Shown piece by piece: positions 12,179 to 23,919 of a stretch of 64,000 nt of DNA. The notes beneath the pieces were generated by a model. It was not told the origin of the DNA and did no database searches. It saw only the letters and a list, made by a program, of their open reading frames with translations. Source of the DNA: Yuukianura sp. NJ FZ-2021 (Eukaryota); contig CM102288.1 of assembly GCA_046563655.1 (NCBI GenBank), positions 2,418,001 to 2,482,000 of the forward strand, read 5' to 3'. How positions within the stretch are numbered: the first letter of the stretch is position 1; every line of letters begins with the position of its first letter. The position numbers and the translations under genes were made by a program.

Positions 12179-12871
12179 ATGTCGTCATACTACTCTTCAT
12201 CTCGGAGTTTCCGAGCGTCTTCGGCTCTTCCCGATTCGTTGCATCGTGGGCGTGGTTTAGACGAGCTGAGTTCGTTCGGTGGTCGCTCGTTGTCCGTTGC
12301 ACGGGAAATCCCGTCCATCGTCATTGAACCTTCGATCAAGTCACCAATCTTCAAAGATATTATGGAGACGAAAGACACTATGGGTAAAAACCCAAAATTT
12401 TAGTCCTAAAATTTCGAAATTTATGATTTTATGAACTCGAAATTATGAAATACAGACGAAGTCAAGAAAGCTTTTCGGCGATCCGATGACTACTGGCTTG
12501 GACGCTACACGGACACGATTCTGCGTGGATATGCACCGGAATCGAAGACTTACGTGGCAGTCACTGGTCGTCGACTGCCATTCTCTGTGTACACACCGTC
12601 ACGACGCATGTTCCCAAGTTCATACTGGTCATACTACCCTTACTCTACAACTCTGCCACCATTTTACTCTTATGGCAAGAAATCTTACCCGCTGAATGAC
12701 TACTTGAATGACAACTATGGACATGATCCATTCTATTCGCACTGGTACTCCCATCGTGGACCGTTTCTGCGATACCCCAATACGGACTGGAGGCAACAGA
12801 ATCCACATGCCAACAAGTATTCTAGCTACAGACCGCGATATACCCCCACGATACGCCGCTACTACTACTAA
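12179..12871 (+). CDS. Uncharacterized protein with Ser/Arg-rich N-terminus and Tyr/Pro-rich C-terminus; exons 12179-12383, 12456-12871
   Basis: A phase-1 GT-AG intron (12384-12455) joins the two ORFs in frame (…KDTM-DEVKKAFRR…). Protein ends RRYYY*. Confidence 0.75.
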
Positions 12872-14000
12872 ATGACCTTGATCTTGACAAAATACTTGGC
12901 AGTACTTTTGCCAGGAAATGTATTCAAATCTCGCCTTTGCTTCAATTAATCTCAATGTCTCTTGTTTAAAAAAACTGCTTTGCTCATTTCCTTCAAAACG
13001 GTGTGTTTTGTCTAAAAGTGAAAAATAAATTTGACAGTTTACTCAACTGAAAACTAGACTTCGAAAAGTAGAAAATATGAAATTAAAAATTGTTTAAGAA
13101 TTTACGTGTAACAAGGCACAAGTAACTATCTACAGGCTCATGAATGCAAAAAAAAATTGGATGTTAACTAACTAATTGCGATTAATTAGAAATCAGCAAA
13201 ATACAGCTCGAGATGGGAATGTAACAAAAGAAATTCTTTGTTCGAAGGAAAGTGATAACAAAATTTTACTCAACGCGCCGACGCCAACTTTTTCAAAATT
13301 TTGTTAGCGCGCTCTTTTTCAAACGGAGCGTCTTTTTACTCCTTACGACTACGAGCACTAAATTATTTTAAGAAATCTTTGGGATTGGAATTGGAACCAC
13401 GTTGTAAAGGTTGTGAAATCGTAAAAATTAGCATACTAGTTTTCCCAAACTATAACTTGCTACAAATTTGACAAGATCAAGTACTTTAATTGCAAAAATT
13501 TCCTGTTTTGCTGCAATTTGCAATATGATTACTCAAACGATTAGAACACTTCAGAGCTCGGATTTTAATCTGAAAGGTATGTGCTGTACAGAAATTCCAG
13601 AAATTACATAAACTGAATTCTGAAATGGGAACTTCCTTTTTGAAAGCTCGTGTTGAAAAACCGCACTTATTCTCACCATTGCTGAAAACGCTAATTGATG
13701 TAAATTTTTCCAAAAGAAGTAGAAGGTCAAGTGAGCTGGTTTATTTTTTCCTGATGAGTTACTCAACTTGAATTGGCGAATGACGACTTTATGGACATGA
13801 TGGGAAGCCCCTCAGGGCGCCATTGTTGATCTTAAGAGAAAATTAAGATACAGGAAAAAGGAAGGGATGTAGAATGTTCTTTGCAAAAGGCACTTTTAGT
13901 AAAGTCGGTGCCTCTAAGCAATCAACAGGTGAAATTCGCAAGTATAAATTCGCGATTTTGTTCTCAGACTTTACAATTTACAGTTCAACCGAATTTGAAA

Positions 14001-15303
14001 ATGTCGCCCGCTCCCAAAACGCCGGAAGAGAAAGCAAAGCTAATAGCAGCCGTAAGTTTCCAAAAGTTTGGAAGAATACACTAACGAAAAGTAAGTTTTT
14101 ATCTCAATTTTGAGTTTTTTTTCAAAATTCTGAAATTTTTAAACAGATGAAGGACAAGGTTTCGACTTACCTCACAGATGAGTACTGGACAAGTGATGAG
14201 TACTTGTACAAATGGATTGAAGGTGGGAAATTTTGAATTTTCACTAAAAGTTTGGAAAAGTTATTAATTTGTGAAATTTTGAAATTTGGACAGACAAAAA
14301 CTACAACGTGGACAGAGCGGAGAAGGCAATTCGAAAAGTAAGAAGGAAAACACTTTTATTTTTCAAAATTTCCTTTTCAATTTCAAATTTCAAACGAAAG
14401 ATTTACTTTTTTTTTTGGAATTCCAGACCCTGAAATGGCGCCTGGACAATAACATTGACGGTATTCTGGAAGAGAACTACGATGATCTGCATAAAAATCT
14501 TGTCTACTACATGGATGGACGAGACAAGGAAGGACGAATTGGTAAAAATTGAACTTCAAAAAAGTTCTTTTCAAAATTTAAAAATTTCAATTTCTGAATC
14601 TGGTTTTAGTGATAACGTTTCCCTGCAATCTTTGCAATATTCGGGCCGCCATTGACGCTGGAAACAAAGAACGCTTGACACGGTTCATTCTGCAAATGGC
14701 CGAGCGTGGAGCTGAGACAGTCCGCAAAGCATGTCTCGAAACTCCAGATCGTCCATCGACCATGGTCACCATCATGGACTTCCAAGGAGTGGACATGACC
14801 AAGGTCAAGCCAGACGGTAAGGAATCAACTCCTTTGACAATGGAGGTCAAAGTTCATTTGTAACTTTTGTTTTTGTAGGAATCAATTTTATCATTGGAAC
14901 AAGCGTTTCTTTTGAGGACCATTATCCAGGACACACTGAGCGCCTATTTATTATTAACGGTAAGGTCAAAAGTCAAATTCTGAGGTCAAAGGTCAATTAA
15001 CATTTGGATTTTGAACAAACTTTAGCATCAAAAGGAGTCAAGAACCTGTACAACTTTATAAAAACAACGTTGCGACGAAATACTTCGAAGATAGTGAAAG
15101 TTTTTGGACAGAAGCGGCACAAGTGGGAACCGGAAATACTGGCAATGGTGGATCCAGATCAACTTCGACCGCGGTTTGGCGGAACAATGCCAGACGCTGA
15201 TGCTGATGCTGAAACACATGACCTCACGATTAATTTGAAAGAGCTCAAGAAAATTGCCAAGAAAGAGAAAATCGATTTGAAAAAATTGGAAAAATCGGAT
15301 TGA
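14001..15303 (+). CDS. SEC14-like CRAL-TRIO lipid-binding protein (multi-exon)
   Basis: Spliced product contains LKWRLDNNID, GRDKEGR, IMDFQG, HYPGHTERLFIINA and VDPDQLRPRFGGT, which are CRAL-TRIO hallmarks. Confidence 0.85.
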
Positions 15304-15630
15304 TTTTTCGTTTCAAATTCCTCAAAAATCTAAGAAATTTAAAGAAGTTTTGATTTCATTGCTTATTGTAGTATGAACACAATCGCGAAATTTAATTTTA
15401 AAAATGATTTCCTAAAATTTTACGTCAAGCTCACGTATAACTACAAACTTATTAACCTTAAAAAAGTTAAACTTTGAACAAAGTGTTAAAAATTTGTAAA
15501 AACTGACACGTTTTAAATAAAATCTAAGCTAAAATTGAACTCAACGGGTCTAAATGGCTTAAAGAGAGCAAGAAATGAAGAAGTTCTTTTGCAAATGGCA
15601 CCGACGGGAAATGTTATAGTGACCTCAAGG

Positions 15631-16419
15631 TCAAAGGTCAAGTGACCACCAACTCTGGACAAACTTCAAAACGGCTAAGTAGGTCAACAGAGGCAGAAAT
15701 CTGAGGTCATTGACCTCGGCTCCAGAGTACCAACATCCAGAATTGTCCCGGTGTGGTGTATACCCCGGTTGGCATAGGCAACGCCCATTGTTTGTATCGT
15801 GGACATGCATTCCAGGAAATCCATGATGGTCCATAAGCGGTGGCCTGTCACAGGGATACCATCTTCTCCTGTCCCAATGATCCCAGTTACAAGTACACTC
15901 TGCATATTCTGTGCAGTACTGCGCAAACTCCGTGATTTTCGGTGAACAAAATGTCCCAATCAGTTGAAATTCGCAGCGATTTCGGTCGTACGACCACGCA
16001 GCTCCAGCGAGGTCAAAGCATTTGCAAGTTCTTGTGTACGGGTCACATCGGAGGCCACGTTCAGAGCGACATCTTCGTGTGTCGTTGACTTCTCGCGCCA
16101 ATTGTGCGTATCTTCTTTCAAGTTCTGCTTGTTCTTGGTCATTCCGCTCCCTCGGATAGTAGTGACGATTACCGTGACCATTGCGGTGTACTTGACCTGT
16201 GTACTGATCACCCGTGTATGGTCTGTTTTCATCTACATAGCCAGAGTACGGCTGTCTCTGACTATGTTGCTGGTGACCTCCGTAGTTGTCCAGAACTTCA
16301 AGCGTTTTGATTGGTTCACAAGCTTCACCATACTCACGGTCACCAATTCCCGAGGTCACGGCGACGGTTAGTGTCCAGATCCATAATCCAGCACAAACTT
16401 TGTTCCAAATCCGACACAT
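15631..16419 (-). CDS. Secreted or surface Cys-rich protein (EB-module/EGF-like) with hydrophobic C-terminus
   Basis: Single 262-aa ORF with signal peptide, CxSERGLRCD...CKC and CLCQPGY motifs, and a C-terminal hydrophobic tail (GPI or TM). Confidence 0.75.
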   Translation of the reverse strand: MCRIWNKVCAGLWIWTLTVAVTSGIGDREYGEACEPIKTLEVLDNYGGHQQHSQRQPYSGYVDENRPYTGDQYTGQVHRNGHGNRHYYPRERNDQEQAELERRYAQLAREVNDTRRCRSERGLRCDPYTRTCKCFDLAGAAWSYDRNRCEFQLIGTFCSPKITEFAQYCTEYAECTCNWDHWDRRRWYPCDRPPLMDHHGFPGMHVHDTNNGRCLCQPGYTPHRDNSGCWYSGAEVNDLRFLPLLTYLAVLKFVQSWWSLDL

Positions 16420-17573
16420 TCTGCTTACTGAACTCTCACTGGCACTAAAAACCTAATGTAAAAATTTCACTTTCTAACCTAACTAACCTAAATCGTCGTA
16501 ACTCCTAACATGATTTGAGCCTAAACCTAACTTTTGCGTGTCTCGTTAACCTAAATTGTATGCAATCAATTAATTAAAACACAAATTGTTATAGGAAATG
16601 AGATTTGAAAATCAGAAAATTACAACATTTCGAATCGCGTGTGTTACTTTTTTTCAAATTCCAATTAGTTCTAAAAGCCACTTTAACATTAGTCACATCT
16701 CAACATTTGTGACTTGAATAACCTGAATTGGGAGTGTATTGACAATAGTTCGGGTGGTGGTGCGACTTTGTACTTGCAAGTATGCAGCTTACCTAAAGTA
16801 TAACCTAAGTTTATAACAATCCAACCTCGTTAGCTTATAAACTTGTTATAACTTTCGTATTGAACTTTGTAGTAAACAGGGGGAAAAGCAACAATTGGAT
16901 GCGTGAGTTATATAATAATTTTTGCCAACGCAAATTCACCCAACCAAGGACGGATGAAGGCGACGCCTCTTCTGGTTGCAGTAAATAGCTCGTGGTTACT
17001 GGTCCATTGCGTAGATTTTGTTATGTTAGTCGATGCAAAAAGTTTTAAGGTTGTAGAGCGCCTGAAGCTCAAAGCCAAACTGAGAAAGCTTGTCTTGTGT
17101 GACTCAGGAAGTCGAAATGGCTTCCATGAATTAGCAATAAAGTTTTCGCAAAGTTTTTTATGCACATGGTAAGCAAGGAATTGGCACTAGGCAGTTCACT
17201 CACCTTAGCTTCCTCAGCCACAATCAATAAATCAAGTAAACATGCAATTCCTTCTGTCCATGCTTTTTTTCTTAGATCCTTGGACAAACAGTGTGCAAAG
17301 GCATTACAGCTACATCATGTACGTACACGGAACCTAACTTGCAAATTTTGCTAAGACCAAATTTTATGCAATGATGAAGATGAAACTAACATTTCAATTT
17401 TTCGAACTTTTTGACCAATCCAGCTTCAGAATTCGCAGGTCAGGGGAAGATAGTTCGACTGGAGCTGTAGGCTGAGGAGCAGTTCAGCATTTAGTGTACA
17501 AAAAAGCATAAGTTTTCGAAATTTTTAGTAATAGTGACCACTAATAGTAAATTTTAACTTCTTGAACTTGAAA

Positions 17574-20382
17574 ATGGCGGCAGGTCGAAATCCAAATTGG
17601 TTGTACAATGTGAGCGACGTGGGTGCTGTTGTACTACCGAAAGGAACGCTGGAACCGGTCAAGCGATTTGCAGTGTCAGTCGATTCTGGAGTAAAAAGTT
17701 ACGGAAAAACTGAAATTCTTAAAAATTTAAACATGCATGTCCAGGAAGGCACAATGTAAGTCCAAAAAACTTTGACCTCAAGTTGACCTTCATTTTTTTA
17801 CCTTGAGTTGATTCTACTTTAAATTTTGAATTGCAGTTATGCAATGCTGGGTTCTTCCGGTTGTGGTAAAACGACGCTACTCTCGTGTATTGTCGGACTT
17901 CGTCAACTGGACAGCGGAACAATTCGTGTTTGCGGGAGAGCGCCGGGGTCAAAAGGTTGCGGAGTTCCTGGGAAGCTGATTGGCTATATGCCACAGGTGA
18001 AATTTTTGTTTTTCAGGCTAAAAATAATTGCGTCAAAGTTCAAGTTAAAGAAAAGTTGCGTCCCTCGTCCAGGAAGTTGCTCTCAATGGAGAATTTACGA
18101 TCCGAGAAGCCTGTCAGTACTTTGGACGGCTCTATGGCATGGACCGGGTCAAAGTTGACGAACGGGTCAAACACCTTGTCAATCTGCTTCACCTTGGCAA
18201 ATGCCGTGGCTTACTCAAAAATTTTAGGTGAAAACATAACATCACTCACACACTCACAGAAGAAATCGAAATCTAATATTAGAAATTTTGAAACCTGCTG
18301 TTTTGCTCATTTTTTTGTTTAGTGGCGGCGAACGACGACGCGTCTCTTTCGCTGTGTCGCTGATTCACGAACCGGAAATTTTGATTTTGGATGAACCAAC
18401 TGTCGGAGTGGATCCACTTTTGCGTCAAGCGTAAGAAACTACATCAACAATTTTTAAAATTCAGAAAACTTTAGTCTGTTTTTTGAAAAACTTTCAACTT
18501 ACAGAATTTGGCAGCATCTTGGTGATTTGGTAAAACAGAACAACACAACAGTCATCATCACGACGCACTACATTGAAGAAACCCAGAACGCTCACATGGT
18601 GAGAGGTCAAAGTTCAATGAAATCAGAGGTCACCGAGGTCAAATTCCAGAATTCAGCGATTTTTTATTTTGTTTTCAGATTGGCCTAATGCGAAACGGTC
18701 GCTTGATTCTGGAAGACTGTCCAGCAGAACTTCTGAAACGCTTTGAATGTAAACTACTAGAGGAAGTCGTGCTTCGCTTTTGTTTAAAAGATGAAGGAAC
18801 TGAAAATCAGCGTAAATTGAAACCAGCGATTAATCAAGGATCTTCCAGAAGCGTCATCAGAAGCATCGCTAGTACAAAGACTCATTCTCGCCTCAAGGCT
18901 GAAGATGAAGAGGGCATTCAAGGCATTGAAGTTGGACAGAACGCTGATCCTGGACGCTGGAACACCAACAGAGACTACTCCACAAAATCATTCCAGCGTC
19001 TCCAGGCTATGCTTATCAAAAACCTTTTTGTACTTTTTCGAAGTATTGGGTAAGAAACTTCAAAATTTCAAAAAACTCCCAGGAATTTTGAAAATTCGTT
19101 TTCTTTTCACCAGATACTTGCTGTTCCTGTTCATTCTTCCAGCAGCACAAATCGTGATGATTTGTGTCTGTCTGTCATCGGATCCAAAGGCACTTAACTT
19201 TGGAGTTGTCAATCACGAAGTACCCCCTTCAGCCAATTGCTCATTTGAACAAGGACTCTGCTTAATTCAAAATTTCAGTTGTGGATACTTGCAAGCACTT
19301 AAGTCGGACACAATCAACTTGGTTCCTTACGAATCAGAAAGTACTGCTCTAAGGGCTGTCCAGAGTGGGCACTTAGTAGGGTACTTGACAATTCCTGAAA
19401 ACTTCACTTTCGCTCTCTTCGAACGTGTCATGGCCACTGGAAGTATGGACTTGGACAACACTACTATTCAAAATTCTCAAGTCTCCTTTGCCATGGATAT
19501 GAGCAATAGCCAAGTTGCGCTGATTTTGCAGCGACTTTTTCTAACCAGATTTCGAGATTTCCTGAGAGCCCTTATGGAAGCGTGTGGCCAAAATCCTGAT
19601 GGGAAGGACATTCCCCTGGTGGTAAGTCTACTAGAATTTTCGGAACTAAACCAAAATTTAAGAAAGTTTCAAAATTGAAAAAAGTTTCAAAATTTTGAAA
19701 AATTTTCAGTTTTTACCTCCAGTTTATGGAGAAGATGGCGGAAAGATTACGAACTTCGTGACTCCCGGGGTGACGACAGCATTTCTGTCGTTCCTGTCGT
19801 CACTGACATGCGGACTGGCGTTTATTGGAGAAAAGAAGGACGGAATGGTCCATCGTACGATTGTGGCTGGAGTTAAAAAGCTGGAAATTATGCTGGCCCA
19901 CTTATGTACTCAATTTTTAGTCCTTATTGCGCAGACGTCAATTGCCTTCTTGGCCATGTTCTTACTGTTCAACATTCCCCATCTCGGCTCAATTCCACTG
20001 GCATTTGTACTTGTAACGCTCAACGGAATTGCTGGAATGTCGCTCGGTATGTCCAGAAACCCTAAAATTTTAAAAATACTTGAATTTGAAAAGTTTTTTA
20101 CTTTGAGGATTCCTGGCTGCAACTTACTGTAACGAAGAGAAGCACGCCATGATGCTGGCGATTGGCACCATTTTGCCATGTTTCCTTCTATCTGGTGCCA
20201 TTTTTCCTTCGGAAGCTCTCCCCCTGTCACTTCAGTACATTGGTTACCTACTGCCGGGTACTTTGCCAGGGGAGGCCTTAAGGGCCATCTTACTCAAGGG
20301 GTGGGGCATGAACTACTACATTGTCTGGATTGGATTTGTGTCGGCTGTAGCCTGGATCGTCATTTACTGGACACTTACTGCA
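17574..20382 (+). CDS. ABC transporter, subfamily H (NBD followed by ABC2-type TMD); 3' end lost in assembly gap
   Basis: Walker A GSSGCGKT, signature SGGERRRVS, Walker [20 protein letters not shown], and TMD motifs EKKDG and LLSGAIFP. Confidence 0.9.
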
Positions 20383-20482
20383 NNNNNNNNNNNNNNNNNN
20401 NNNNNNNNNNNNNNNNNNNNNNNNNNNNNNNNNNNNNNNNNNNNNNNNNNNNNNNNNNNNNNNNNNNNNNNNNNNNNNNNNN
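20383..20482. other. Assembly gap (100 N)
   Basis: Run of exactly 100 N. Confidence 1.
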
Positions 20483-20723
20483 ACATCACCTCATATGGGA
20501 TTAATTACTGTAGGAATTAGTCGTCTTGTGGCAATTAGTCAACTGAATTTTACTTAAACTGATTTTTCAATACCTAAAAACATTTTAATTTTAAAAATAT
20601 TTAACAAACTACAAGTATTGAACTTAGCGATTCCTTTAGAATTTAGTAATTTGATCAATAATAATTCAAAATTCACCTAATTTCGAACAATTATCGCAAT
20701 AGTTTTAGTCTTTGATTTCGTCA

Positions 20724-21197
20724 TCAAGGAATTTGTTGCCTGCTTCTTAAAATATTTAGCTCCGTTACGACCTGCTCGTAATTTTTAATGAACGCGTCAC
20801 GATTGGTTTCAGCGAGTTCAGCAGTATCATCGTGGACAACCTTGTTTCGTACAGTGGCTAAAAATCTTAGTTTCTTGACCAATGCCGCTGGCAACTCCGT
20901 TTCAATGCTGGTCGTCCTTTCATGCAGTCCTCTTCCTGTTGCCCCAAATTGTGTTTCCAGTCGCTGTTCCAGTTGCTTCGAAACTCGAATGACAAGTTCG
21001 TACGTATTGGCAGGATATGCAGGAATCTGGGCTCTGGAATCTGGAATTTAGTTGAAAATAATACTCCATTTTAGTTGTAAGTTAACGTTAATGCTGGACA
21101 GATTAATTGAACGATTTCACGAACGTCTATTTCTGGAGCGGGTTGACCTTTCCCTGAGTGGGGAAGGATGTGGCGACGTTGAAAAACAGGAACCCAT
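20724..21197 (-). CDS. Small HEPN-superfamily (DUF4145-like) protein with N-terminal MGSC acylation motif; exon 1 21197-21121, exon 2 about 21033-20724
   Basis: Manual translation: MGSCFSTSPHPSPLRERSTRSRNRR / AQIPAYPANTYELVIRVSKQLEQRLETQFGATGRGLHERTTSIETELPAALVKKLRFLATVRNKVVHDDTAELAETNRDAFIKNYEQVVTELNILRSRQQIP*. RNKVVH lies at 20849-20832. Two GT-AG choices both keep frame. Confidence 0.75.
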
Positions 21198-21638
21198 TTA
21201 ACAGCACTTTTTTTAAGTTAAGTTTCCACCACAAAGTTCATAGAACTTTCAGCAAATGTTGGAGAAATCCATGAATCCATGAAATCCTGCAACATTATAT
21301 CAATAGAAATGTTAAGAGTATGCAATTTGGTTGGATGAACCAGAGGTTTACTATTCTTTTGAACAAAGTAGAATTGTGTCTGAAATCAGGACAAATAAAA
21401 GAATCACGCAGAGCTTATCAAATAACTGCCCACTCGACATTATAAAACGCGCATCAAGCAATTTGGAATTGTGAAGTAGGTATGTTGTTGAAAGAAAGAA
21501 AACAGAACTGAAAGAAAACAGAATGATTTTATTTCAACGAAATGAAAGGACTTATTATATTATATTATTGCCTACGTTTTCAAAGTAATTGTAAGAACGC
21601 TAACCCAATTTCAAAATGATGTCCGGAGAGGATGATTT

Positions 21639-22479
21639 TTAGGAGCTGGTTGACCCGAAATCCAGCATTACTTTCCCCAGATCAGTGGCTTTGTCTTTGT
21701 CCAGAAGAGCAGAAACGATTGCCAGAGAAAATTCCAAGGCAGTTCCAGGTCCCCGGCTGGTGATTAAATTTCCATCGACAACTACACGATCTTCCTTGTA
21801 GTGGTAATTGGATCCGGCTTCCAGAAATTTATCTTTGACTACTGGATGGGACGTTAGAGATTTTCCAATGCAGATTCCGTTTGATATGAATACAGTAGGA
21901 GCTGAAATTAAAAATTAAACGAGGATAAATTACGGTTTAAGCTTAAAGCCGTTTAAAACCTTTTTAATTTTGAGTAACCTGCACAAATTGCAGCAATCAG
22001 CCGACCATCGCCAGCTGATGCTTCTTGAGCCTTCAATAATTTGCCGACTTCAGGTGACTGACCGGCACATGGGAAATCAACATAAAGAAATCGTTTTTAG
22101 TGTCAATCTTAACGTTAATTGTCAATTGTTTATTGATTTTACCTGTGCAAATGCTTCGGCTCCCTTTGCTCCACCAGGGAGAACAATCACATCGTAAATT
22201 TGACCTTTAGAGGTTAGGTCAGCCAAACTTCCTTCAGGTACAATTACGACGTTTCTGGAACAAATTACTGGATCCTTCGACAGTAAACCAGCGACGGAAA
22301 CGTCCACCTTCAGTATTTAGGTAAATGTCATCATTTAACACAAGCAAATGTCACCAGAAATGTCAAATGTGACAAATGTCACTTACACCGGCACGACGAA
22401 GAACGTCAATTGGCGTGACAGCTTCAATTTCCTCAGATCCATCAGCAATAATCACCAGTGCTTTCTTGGCAGTTGTCAT
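21639..22479 (-). CDS. DJ-1: Protein deglycase DJ-1 (PARK7 family), 4 coding exons
   Basis: [35 protein letters not shown] (catalytic Cys) and [15 protein letters not shown] motifs. Confidence 0.95.
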
Positions 22480-23919
22480 CGTGCAGTAATTAAAGTAGGA
22501 ATTCTGGAAGTCACTGCAATAGTTTAATTGATTCTTCAGCAGCTGATGATTCAAGTGAGTTCGGGAAACTACTCTGCTGAAAATCAATTGACCAATTCTT
22601 TGATACATAAGTAAAAAGCTGTACAATGTCAAAGGTCAAGAAGCACTTACCAAGAAAAATCTTATGCTTTGTGCAAGTTTCCTTGAAAATGAGCAAAGTT
22701 TTTCTCCCTTTTTAAAATCTGGGCGCTGCTGTACGGGGCTTTCCTGTCCAACCTTTTTTGCGGCTTGAAATTCTACGAATTTGCAAAACAAAATTCGCAT
22801 AAACTTTCACCTAAAGAAAGGAACTTTACAAGACAGCGTTATTCGAATAATTGACAATTCTAATAATTTTTGATTTTTATCATTGACATTGTTTTCTGTT
22901 TGTTTTATACGCAGGTCAATACATAGTTTTCATGTGAGGAGGTCAAGGTCAAAGCGAAGCCATAAAGCCATTGCTGCTTACAAGGTTCGACATTTTCCAA
23001 AAACTTTTTTTCTCTTGCAAAATTTTTATGCAACTTTCACCACTTTCTCTTTGGTCAAATTCCTTTAGGACGCTTTTTCTGGAGTTTTCGATATTTTTTG
23101 AAGGATTTTTTTCTTCAAAAAGACGACGGACTTTGGTGCCTGGATCTCATCTTTTCATCTTCCTTGATCCTTATATCCCTCCACACATTGGTATGTTGTA
23201 ATCTTTTCCAAGCATAAAATCTTGATTTTTGCACAAATGTTGATCTTGTGAAGGTCTTGCTGCTGCGCCTTTGATGATGGCCGAAAGTGGTTACACGACC
23301 AAATAAGGCTTCGTGCAGCTCCCCTTGCCTAGCCTTGTTACTATCAGAAACTGTGCAATTTTGGTTGATCTTCCTTTGGTTTTTAAGGTTCTACTACAAC
23401 AGAGTCTCCCGTCATTTGTAACAAGAAAATCTGTTCTTGGAACAGAGCCAAAAGGAACGGAAAATATCGATTCGAACAGGCTCAAAACGCTTGAGCTCTT
23501 TGGCAAGTCGCAGCGACAGCACACCGCAAGGCACATAACCGTGTTTTCCAGCGCTCTAGTACTACTACAAGCGAGGAGTCTTCCAGAAAGCCCACTTTTC
23601 CTTAAAAGCCTTAATCCGAACTCAATCCCATCTTGTCCCTTGTGGTTTTCACTTTGAAGTTAGATCCGAGAACGACCTTCGGAAATCGGAAACATGTCAC
23701 TTCCCTGAAATCACTTTCAACACAACACCGTGATTTCACTTTTCAGGAACATTCGATACGACAGTGAACCGTTTAAGTGGTTCTGGAAGGCGGACAGTAA
23801 GGTCGTTTGTTGTTGTTGACAAAGTGAAAATTAAGTGGTAAGGACTTTGACAGCTAAGGAAGCAAGTATCTGCGAAGTGTTTTTTCACACCTCAATTTCT
23901 TGTACTTTTAGAATTGAAA

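Noticed and set aside
20149..20520. ORFs running through the N gap
   Set aside because: Artefact of translating Ns; only the part before 20383 is ABCH.
20788..21051. Plus-strand 87-aa ORF
   Set aside because: Antisense shadow of the HEPN-like exon.
20724..21197. Bacterial contamination as the source of the HEPN-like sequence
   Set aside because: It is contiguous with spliced DJ-1, has a GT-AG intron, has AT-rich host-like flanks and has no bacterial neighbours. The nearby gap lies on the other side.
23291..23657. Overlapping ORFs of 81 and 114 aa between DJ-1 and Cow
   Set aside because: No recognisable motif or consistent splice structure; more likely UTR.
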